From assembly GCA_038045945.1 (NCBI GenBank), contig JBBSXC010000003.1:21859-85858 (forward strand): a DNA stretch of 64,000 bases, given 5' to 3'. The DNA is from Nanobdellota archaeon. GTDB taxonomy: Archaea; Nanobdellota; Nanobdellia; Pacearchaeales; GW2011-AR1. Numbering within the stretch: position 1 is the first letter of the stretch; each line of letters starts with the position of its first letter. Of the stretch, positions 56,707 to 64,000 are shown piece after piece. The notes under the pieces were generated by a model. The model did not search any database, was not told the DNA's origin, and saw only the letters and a program-made list of their open reading frames with translations. The translations under genes and the position numbers were made by a program.

Positions 56707-57753
56707 TTGTTTATAATCGTGGCTTTTGATAACAAAAAATTGTTAGTATTCTCAATATTATTAGTATCATTGATAATTTTTAGCTCTGGAGTTATGGCTG
56801 CTTCTTGCCCTATAAAGGTAGAAGCTAAAACAACTAAGGCATTACTTGCCGAGATACCATCAATTAATACTCAACTAACAGATTGTAAGACAGAAACACC
56901 ATCACAACTAAAAAAACTCATAACTAATGGAGTATTCTTAGTTGAAATAACAGATAATGATGACATATACATCTCAATAACTGATGGAATAATCACAGGA
57001 GTAAGTGTGGCTAATGAAGGAAAATACTCTTATAGAGCAACTATGAGCTCTTGCAACCTTGACGTAATGCTAAAAAAACCTAACACTATGGCTGCTTTCG
57101 CGAGCTACTACCTTAGCGGTAAAGCAGACCTAGGAGCTAGCGGAATAGTTAACAAAGTAAAATTATTCTTCGGAAAAATGTTCGCTAAAGGAACACTAAA
57201 AGACATAGCATCAGTTGTAGAGGATTGCGCGCCAGCAACTGATGAAATAAGCGGGTACACAGGATACCAAGTTTGCGAATTTTACCAAGCACCAAAAGTA
57301 ACTAAGAAACTAGTAACATGCACTGCTTACAAAGCAGGAGACTCATTCTGCGTCACATCAATGGGTAAGGATGCTAGAGCACTAAAATGTGATGATACCG
57401 GGGTTGTTGTTTGTGGAATTAAGTGTGGTCAGAAAGCACCAAGCATGTGCGCAAGCGACATTAACAGAAAGAGAGGTAATAATGCAGCACCATTATCATT
57501 CTGTGAAGAGGAAATAAAAATGACAGATACAAAAACAAGCACTAAAGGTAAAAAACCATCAAATTGTTATGAAACTTACATGCAAGGGCACGAACAATAC
57601 CAATTCGCAAAAATGCAATGGGACGCTTGGCTAGCTGAAACAGGAAACATATGCCAAACACAAACAGCAGAAAAACCAAAATCTGACGGAGAATGCAAAT
57701 ACTTATACGAACAGATAAAGAACGGCGACAAAAAATGGTTATGCTGGTACTAA
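56707..57753 (+). CDS. Secreted Cys-rich protein
   Basis: Signal peptide LLVFSILLVSLIIFSSGVMAAS. More than 20 Cys residues in the mature part. Confidence 0.45.
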   Translation: MFIIVAFDNKKLLVFSILLVSLIIFSSGVMAASCPIKVEAKTTKALLAEIPSINTQLTDCKTETPSQLKKLITNGVFLVEITDNDDIYISITDGIITGVSVANEGKYSYRATMSSCNLDVMLKKPNTMAAFASYYLSGKADLGASGIVNKVKLFFGKMFAKGTLKDIASVVEDCAPATDEISGYTGYQVCEFYQAPKVTKKLVTCTAYKAGDSFCVTSMGKDARALKCDDTGVVVCGIKCGQKAPSMCASDINRKRGNNAAPLSFCEEEIKMTDTKTSTKGKKPSNCYETYMQGHEQYQFAKMQWDAWLAETGNICQTQTAEKPKSDGECKYLYEQIKNGDKKWLCWY

Positions 57754-57815
57754 AAGAAAAGCTTAATAACAAGAAAAAATAATTAGTTCTTAAGAGAAAA
57801 AAATATGGCGATAAA

Positions 57816-58592
57816 ATGTTAGAGTTTAGTGCATTATCTTCAGGTAGTTCGGGTAATTGTTTCTGGGTTAATAACACTGATACAAACAGCGCTGTCCTTA
57901 TTGATTGCGGTATCAGCATGAAAAAAGCTAGTGAAAGATTAACATCAATTAACAGAAGCATAACAGACGTTAAGGCAATATTCATAACTCACGAACACAC
58001 AGACCACATAGCAGGAGCAGACGTGTTAAGCAGACACCTAAAAATACCAGTATTCGCAACAAAAAAAACTTTTGAAGCATTAAGATTTTGCGAGGAAGAA
58101 TACCAAAACGTAATAAAAAAAGGAGAAAAAACAAATATTGGCGGAATGACTGTAGAATCATTCAAAAAGAATCATGGAGCAGCGGACCCAGTATCATACA
58201 ACGTTACAAAAGAATCAAAAAAAGTATCAATAATTACAGATGTTGGAAGCACATGTGAAAACATTGATGACAACATTAAAGAATCAGACATTCTATGCTT
58301 AGAATCAAATCATGATTTACAATTACTTAAAGGAGGAAGATACCCACAATTTTTGAAAGACTGGATAGCAAGCGACACAGGACACTTATCAAACAAACAA
58401 AGCGCACTAGCAGTCCTAGAACACGCAAGAAAAAAACTAAAAAAAGTAGTATTATCACACCTAAGCACCAATAACAACACACCAAGAGACGCACTAGAAA
58501 CATTCCATGATTTAATAAAGCACAGACAAGACATAAAACCACAAATAAGCGTATCAACAAGATACGCAGCAACAGAAATAATAAAAATATAA
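57816..58592 (+). CDS. Metallo-beta-lactamase-fold hydrolase
   Basis: IFITHEHTDHIAGADVL is the HxHxDH motif. Downstream His/Asp ligands (KKNHGAADP, SDTGHLS). Confidence 0.6.
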   Translation: MLEFSALSSGSSGNCFWVNNTDTNSAVLIDCGISMKKASERLTSINRSITDVKAIFITHEHTDHIAGADVLSRHLKIPVFATKKTFEALRFCEEEYQNVIKKGEKTNIGGMTVESFKKNHGAADPVSYNVTKESKKVSIITDVGSTCENIDDNIKESDILCLESNHDLQLLKGGRYPQFLKDWIASDTGHLSNKQSALAVLEHARKKLKKVVLSHLSTNNNTPRDALETFHDLIKHRQDIKPQISVSTRYAATEIIKI

Positions 58593-58643
58593 AAAAAACT
58601 TACTACAATAATACTTAAAAATTGTAATTTTCTCAACATTTTT

Positions 58644-59333
58644 ATGTATTACAATTTTGGCACTAAAGACTCACTAAACTTAGGAGAAATAACTGTTTTA
58701 GGAATGCAAGTTTTAGAAGAAAGAGCACAAAGCTTAGGAGCAGAAATATTAAGTTTAGGAGAACTTGAAGAAACCCCAGAAAAGGGTTATACCGCTAAAA
58801 CAGAATTAGACATAGGAATAAAGGGAGGGAAAGGAAGAATAGGAACATCAAAACTACAATTAGTACTATTCAGACCTCGTGATGGAACAGGAACAAGAGA
58901 AAGTTACGCTCTAGAAAGATTACCGCCAAAACTAACACCAAGAAGAAAAGACGGAGTAGCAGAATTATTCATGACTGTTGGAACAGGATACAGAAACATG
59001 TGGTGGCCTGGAATAAACAACTTAAGAGAATTAACAGTTAATGCAGAATCAGGATTAAGAGAACTATACCCATTAGGGTTAGAAGAAGGAGAATGGGCGG
59101 AAATAGTATCAGGAAGAAAAGGGCTAGTAGCACCAAAAAAAACAGCTTTTGCTTACACCCACGACTCAAGAACAGGATACGGTAACCCACACGCAATAAT
59201 ATTCTCTAATCCTCAAACAAAAAACTTACCAAGAATTGATGATATTGAACCATTATTCCAATTAGCAGCATTCTTAAAATTTGAAGATGATAAAGGATTA
59301 GAAATAGTGGATAAACTTGTAATAAAAAGATAA
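58644..59333 (+). CDS. Hypothetical protein
   Basis: 229 aa, non-repetitive. Confidence 0.4.
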   Translation: MYYNFGTKDSLNLGEITVLGMQVLEERAQSLGAEILSLGELEETPEKGYTAKTELDIGIKGGKGRIGTSKLQLVLFRPRDGTGTRESYALERLPPKLTPRRKDGVAELFMTVGTGYRNMWWPGINNLRELTVNAESGLRELYPLGLEEGEWAEIVSGRKGLVAPKKTAFAYTHDSRTGYGNPHAIIFSNPQTKNLPRIDDIEPLFQLAAFLKFEDDKGLEIVDKLVIKR

Positions 59334-59346
59334 AAAAAGTATTCTT

Positions 59347-61152
59347 TTATATTTGGTGTTTTAAAGTCTTTTTTTGGTCTCGATAATTATCACTAAAAGA
59401 CCAAGCGCCATCATTTAACTCTGGAAAAATCAGTAATCTGCCCCTAGGTAAACCAGTAATTTTTTTCTTAAAGTATTCTTCCTGGCCTTTAGGATCGCTC
59501 GTAAAATAATGATCCTTAAACTTAACAAAATCATCAATTTTACCTTCAGCTTTAAAATTACCAATGAGTGCAAGCATTTTAGAAACAACTAAAGGCATTT
59601 TTACAGGATCAACAACGAATCTTTCCCTACCATCCTCATTAACCGATAATAATCCTCCGTGTTCTACAAAAAAATTAAACATCATCTTACGAGAACCAGC
59701 ATGATGAAGAGGATTAACACGCAAATTAACGCCTATTGCTTGGAGCATTGAGTAATAACCCGCAACAACGTCCTCATTATCAATAATGCCATGCTTAGCC
59801 ATTATTGGTAAAGCAAACATAGAAATTAGTTCAGCCCTAGCTTCTTCCATAACAGAATAATCCTTACCGAAAACAATTCTGGGATCTTTAGAAATAACGA
59901 CACCACCGGTGGTGTGTCCTTGTTCATGAGCAATAGTCATCTTCATAGTCAAATCATAATTCATTCTTGAACTATACTTTTGCAGTTCTGACTTAGTCAT
60001 CATTTCTTTAGCAACAATATCATAAATGCCAGACTTCCTAATAGCTTCTTGAATATTACCGTAAATCATAAGTCTAGAACCATGCTTATCAATAACTTCT
60101 TTTTCGTTAGGTAAAGCCTGAGCCATAGTGTTGAAGGGCAAATCATCATAATCACCGGACCAAGAGATAACATTAACAACTCTTAAATCAGGAATAGCTG
60201 AATCAACAATAACCTTTTTGTTTTTCCAAGGAGCAGTTGATTCTATTTCTGGTAGGAGTGAACTGATTTTTTTACATAAACCCATATATTTCTTATCAAC
60301 TAACATAAGTGATGAAGCAGCCCCTCCCCTAACACCCTTAAATTCATCAATGTAAGTTTCTTCAGCCGTTCTAAACTTAAAATCAATTTCGTGATCGTTC
60401 TTAAGCCAAGCAATATCCGAAGCAAAACGATGGACTTTAGAACCAGATCTTAACTCATCAATAACAGCCTTAAGATAAACCAATAATTTTCCATCAACCA
60501 AAGGCAAAACTTCCTCTAATTCTTTAATGACCTTACTAATAACTAACAAAAACTTTTTTTCGTTATTAACAACTACTAAACCACCACTTTCATCCCTAAC
60601 AACACTAGAATTAATAAGTTCCTGATCAGAAAGTGATAATTTTGATAATTCCTCATGGGTTATATCCTTAGGATACAAACCTCTACTAGGCAAATGTTTT
60701 TTAGGAATATTATGCAAACTAGAAAACTCTTGCGAAAAATTCTTAACTAACATAAATTTTTCTTCAATTTTATCAGGAGTTATAGGAAAAACTATAGCTA
60801 AACCATCATGATCAAACAAAGAGTTAGAAGCAGATAACAAATCTAAATAATCATCAACTGATTTACGATCAGGAGAACCAATTGGTAAGCTTTGAGAATA
60901 CTCCTCTATAGCCTTGTAAACCTGCGTTACATCATGATCCCTCTGCTGAGCTATTATAGAATTAAACAAGTTTACAGCCTTAGACAACTTCTCTAAAACT
61001 AACAAAAACTTTTTATCAGCAGTTATGAGCTCCGCAGGTAAAGCAACCTTAATTAGAGCAGCGTTCTCCTTATCACCCTGAGAAGTTATGTAAGTTATAT
61101 CTCTAATCTTTCTTGAAACATTCAAATCTCGCATTAAATAACAAACAATCAT
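59347..61152 (-). CDS. Putative zinc metallopeptidase (HExxH)
   Basis: TIAHEQGHTTGG with EEARAE 20-25 residues downstream, a candidate third ligand. 601 aa. Confidence 0.4.
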   Translation of the reverse strand: MIVCYLMRDLNVSRKIRDITYITSQGDKENAALIKVALPAELITADKKFLLVLEKLSKAVNLFNSIIAQQRDHDVTQVYKAIEEYSQSLPIGSPDRKSVDDYLDLLSASNSLFDHDGLAIVFPITPDKIEEKFMLVKNFSQEFSSLHNIPKKHLPSRGLYPKDITHEELSKLSLSDQELINSSVVRDESGGLVVVNNEKKFLLVISKVIKELEEVLPLVDGKLLVYLKAVIDELRSGSKVHRFASDIAWLKNDHEIDFKFRTAEETYIDEFKGVRGGAASSLMLVDKKYMGLCKKISSLLPEIESTAPWKNKKVIVDSAIPDLRVVNVISWSGDYDDLPFNTMAQALPNEKEVIDKHGSRLMIYGNIQEAIRKSGIYDIVAKEMMTKSELQKYSSRMNYDLTMKMTIAHEQGHTTGGVVISKDPRIVFGKDYSVMEEARAELISMFALPIMAKHGIIDNEDVVAGYYSMLQAIGVNLRVNPLHHAGSRKMMFNFFVEHGGLLSVNEDGRERFVVDPVKMPLVVSKMLALIGNFKAEGKIDDFVKFKDHYFTSDPKGQEEYFKKKITGLPRGRLLIFPELNDGAWSFSDNYRDQKKTLKHQI

Positions 61153-61236
61153 TCATTATATAAATTATTAGTACAAGAAAAATTAAACAAACCATTTAAC
61201 AAAAGCTTAATAAACAAAAAAAAGTATTCTTTTCTA

Positions 61237-61731
61237 ATGGCAGAACAAGAAGTAGAAGTAATAAAAAAGATTTTTGAGGTGATGAAAATGCACCCAAGTT
61301 ACCAAGAGCACCAAGCCGTAATAACCAGTGAAGAAGCAGCTCAAACACGCGGAGTAGAACTAAAAAGCGGAATAAAAGCATTATTATTCACAAACGGAGA
61401 AGGAAAAGAAGTATCATGGGTAATAGTAAACGTACCAGCAGACAAAAAAGTAGACCAAAAAAAAGTATCAGAAGAAATGGAGTGGAGTAAAGGAAAAACA
61501 AGAATGGCAACGGAAGCAGAAGTAGAAGAAAGAACAGGATGCAAAATAGGAGCAGTACCACCATTCGGACACAGAAAAAGAACAAAAATACTAGTAGATA
61601 AAAAAGTGTACGAAAACCAAGAAAGTAACTTTAATATAGGCACAAGAACACAGTCAGTAAGGATACAAACAAAAGAAATGAGAATAGTATTTAACAAACT
61701 AGAAGCAAAAGAAGGAGAATACACAAAATAA
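61237..61731 (+). CDS. YbaK/ProX-like aminoacyl-tRNA deacylase
   Basis: GIKALLFTNGEGKEVSWVIVNVPADKKVDQKKVSEEM ... TGCKIGAVPPFGH matches the YbaK signature (G...GavsPfG). Confidence 0.55.
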   Translation: MAEQEVEVIKKIFEVMKMHPSYQEHQAVITSEEAAQTRGVELKSGIKALLFTNGEGKEVSWVIVNVPADKKVDQKKVSEEMEWSKGKTRMATEAEVEERTGCKIGAVPPFGHRKRTKILVDKKVYENQESNFNIGTRTQSVRIQTKEMRIVFNKLEAKEGEYTK

Positions 61732-62030
61732 TGGGGATGCTAGACTTTTTAGGAAAAACAATAGGAGAAGGAGCAGCAAAAGTAGTAGAATCAGTAAAAA
61801 ACGAAGCAGCAATAAGAATTAAGAAAGAAACACAAAAATTTGAGGAAAGAATAACAAAAAGAATAAGCGCAACAATGATAACATTCCTAGGAGTAATACT
61901 AGTAACAATAGGACTTGCATTCCTAATAATAGACTACCTAAAAATCAGCAGAACAATAACATTCATAACACTAGGAATAATAATATTACTGGTAGGAATA
62001 ATAAAAAACCTAACAACAAAAAACCAATAA
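61731..62030 (+). CDS. Small membrane protein
   Basis: 99 aa, two TM helices. The ATG overlaps the preceding stop (TAATG). Confidence 0.35.
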   Translation: MGMLDFLGKTIGEGAAKVVESVKNEAAIRIKKETQKFEERITKRISATMITFLGVILVTIGLAFLIIDYLKISRTITFITLGIIILLVGIIKNLTTKNQ

Positions 62031-62032
62031 GA

Positions 62033-62755
62033 TTATTTGTACTTAGACCTAACTTCTCGAGCAATAGTCATAATTTCCCTAACCTTTGCCGGATTAACTC
62101 TCAAAGTAGTATCTTTACCAGGCTTAAAGTAAGAACCAACAATTATACCATCACAGTTATCTAAAGTTTCATAACAATTATGCTTTTCAACACCAGAACC
62201 AGCAATAACAGGAAAAGACGGAGCTAAACGCTTAAAATCTTGTAATTTATCAATAGGAGTTTCCTCACCAGTGCCTTCACCAGTAGTTACGATAGCATCA
62301 CAACGATCCATAGCAACTTTAAGAGAGTCAGGAAGAGTCCTCATGCTCTCACGAGAATACTTAAAACGAACACCACCAAGAACAATAAGGCGAGGATTAG
62401 CTTTTCTAACATCAGACCAATAATCAAGATCAAAATCCCTAGGTTGAACACTATCAACCTGAACAAAACTACCACCATAATGAGAAGCTAAAGAAAAAGC
62501 GTCACCAATACGACCTAAAGCATTAACACCAACAACCAACTTATTATCCCTCTCAGCAATAGCCTCCATAGCATCCATAAGATTATTCATATCACCATGA
62601 AAATTCTCAACAATAGCGCCATCAACACCCTCAGACTCATAAATAGCTAATTCTTCCAAAGCACGAACAAGCTTTTGTTCATGAGTATCACCAGAAAGAT
62701 GAATCATACCAATAACAGGTTTAGGAGTGCGAAAAACTCTACGAAAGTTAAACAT
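62033..62755 (-). CDS. BtpA-family TIM-barrel protein
   Basis: KPVIGMIHLSGDTHEQ...EGVDGAIVENFHGD matches the BtpA/SgcQ N-terminal signature. Confidence 0.45.
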   Translation of the reverse strand: MFNFRRVFRTPKPVIGMIHLSGDTHEQKLVRALEELAIYESEGVDGAIVENFHGDMNNLMDAMEAIAERDNKLVVGVNALGRIGDAFSLASHYGGSFVQVDSVQPRDFDLDYWSDVRKANPRLIVLGGVRFKYSRESMRTLPDSLKVAMDRCDAIVTTGEGTGEETPIDKLQDFKRLAPSFPVIAGSGVEKHNCYETLDNCDGIIVGSYFKPGKDTTLRVNPAKVREIMTIAREVRSKYK

Positions 62756-63064
62756 GAAAAAACAATAATGATTATAGTTAATAAGTATTATTATTTTATA
62801 AGATAACGTTCCTTAAGGGCTTTGCGTATAAAGTTATTTTTTCTTTTCAAAAAAACTCCAAACTACATAAGCAAAAATACCAGGAGCAGACATTACTAAC
62901 AAATTAGAATCCTCATTTGCCAAAAAAAGAAAATGAGCTAAACGAGTAAGAAGAAGAACTACTAAAACAGCAATAACTTTCCATTTTGTTGGCTTAAAAT
63001 TCATAATAAAAATACAAGATTTATACAATTATAAACATTCCCCCTTAGGTACTCAACGACTTCC

Positions 63065-63421
63065 TTGACTAAACCTTTAAATAATCCAACCGTTATAAAC
63101 TTAAAGAAAAAAGAGATGGCAACAACAGTTAAAACATACAAAAAAGACGGTCAGTGGAAAACTTTGCACGTAATTGAAAAAACGCTAAAAGACCACGTAA
63201 TAGAATGGTTAGCAGCAATACTAAGCGTTATAGGAATACTACTAAACGCAAATCTTTTCAACATAACATCATTTAACACTTACAACTCATCATTCTACGT
63301 TTGGACAGCAGGAAACCTGTTATGGATAACATTCGCATACAAACACAAACACTGGGGAGTACTAATAACATTCCTACTATACTGCATAGTAAACATACTA
63401 GCAATAATAAAAAACTTATAA
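63065..63421 (+). CDS. Membrane protein
   Basis: 118 aa, three TM helices. Confidence 0.35.
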   Translation: MTKPLNNPTVINLKKKEMATTVKTYKKDGQWKTLHVIEKTLKDHVIEWLAAILSVIGILLNANLFNITSFNTYNSSFYVWTAGNLLWITFAYKHKHWGVLITFLLYCIVNILAIIKNL

Positions 63422-63837
63422 TGGCAAAAAAAGGAATAGCAATAACAATAGTAATCTTTCTAACAGTAATAACATTAATATTAGGGCCAAAATTGTGGCC
63501 ATCAATAGAAGGAGAAGTAGGACCAACAAGTGCACAAATACCATTCTTGATAACACTATCAATAATAGAATCACTACTATTCGGAATAGGAATAGCACTA
63601 ATATACATAGCAATACCACAACTGAAAAAAGTAAAAGAAGAGGAAAGAAGAAGAACATACTGGACTTTTGCATCAATAATATGGATACTAATATCATGGT
63701 GGCCACACGACAATTTACACAGACACGTGGGAATGAATTATTCAGCACTAATAGGGATAGAGTACGGATTCCACCTAACAATAATGTTAGCAGGAATAAT
63801 GATCGCGTACTACTTCATGAAAGAAATAAAAGAATAA
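63420..63837 (+). CDS. Membrane protein. Start moved to MAKKGIAIT so that it shares TAATG with the upstream stop.
   Basis: Four TM helices. The longer 63301 start would overlap the upstream gene out of frame. Confidence 0.4.
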
Positions 63838-63916
63838 TGATTAACATATAGAAACTCTATTATAGATGATTATTTCTAATAATACTTATAAGATGAAGAA
63901 GTAATAATAAGTTCAA

Positions 63917-64000
63917 ATGGAACAGGAGAAAAAGAAGAGTTTTCATCATGGACTGTCAATAAGCGACTTAGCACCAATATTACAAGCAGTATCAGGAATA
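63917..64000 (+). CDS. Partial ORF running off the window end (MEQEKKKSFHHGLSISDLAPILQAVSGI...)
   Basis: Open frame from the ATG at 63917 to the window edge. Function unknown. Confidence 0.2.
   Translation, partial: MEQEKKKSFHHGLSISDLAPILQAVSGI

Noticed and set aside
1-64000. CRISPR array
   Set aside because: No run of regularly spaced 25-40 nt repeats was seen anywhere. The only short repeats are the in-gene tandem codon repeats at about 27300-27560 and the att-like triplicate.

Overview
This 64 kb window is low-GC (about one third G+C), prokaryotic, and densely coding with almost no non-coding space. The + strand is strongly A-rich throughout, and codon third positions follow that skew (A-ending codons in + genes, T-ending in - genes). 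Recognisable housekeeping genes are: grpE-dnaK-dnaJ, a divergent C-terminal J-domain protein, recQ, exonuclease III, msrA-msrB, a DnaA-family AAA+ protein, an FAD oxidase with a CCG Fe-S partner, MscS, an MFS transporter, DoxX, DedA, a YbaK-like deacylase, a BtpA-like protein, an MBL hydrolase, a polyprenyl synthase, and one tRNA-Asp(GTC). Several features point to an archaeon, probably DPANN-like: AbrB-PhoU-like fusions, a tandem double Lrp/AsnC regulator, a TrmB regulator, a sequon-rich secreted protein, and leaderless genes with TATA-like boxes about 25 nt upstream of the ATG. Bacterial-type genes are also present (DnaA-family with domain IV, RecQ, an ArmA/RmtB-like methyltransferase), so the domain of life cannot be settled from this window alone. 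Two regions look accessory. The first runs from about 5.4 to 21.7 kb. It is bracketed by two type II toxin-antitoxin pairs (RelE-like near 5.5 kb; RHH+MazF-like at 15.5 kb). It contains a 12-gene operon with 4-nt ATGA overlaps on the - strand. Only two genes in that operon have clear calls, a transglutaminase-like protein and a Fis-type HTH protein. Two tandem paralogs with a receiver-like fold and a sigma-r4-like HTH protein are weaker, motif-level calls. The region also carries two copies of a module made of an AbrB-PhoU-like regulator, a membrane Hanks-type Ser/Thr kinase, and a 50-60 aa AbrB/MazE-like protein translationally coupled to the kinase. The second region runs from 28.5 to 33.3 kb. 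It is delimited by three direct repeats of the tRNA-Asp 3' end and carries a double Lrp regulator, a RelE-like toxin pair and a SAM methyltransferase. This looks like an integrase-less integrated element. I found no CRISPR array and no rRNA.
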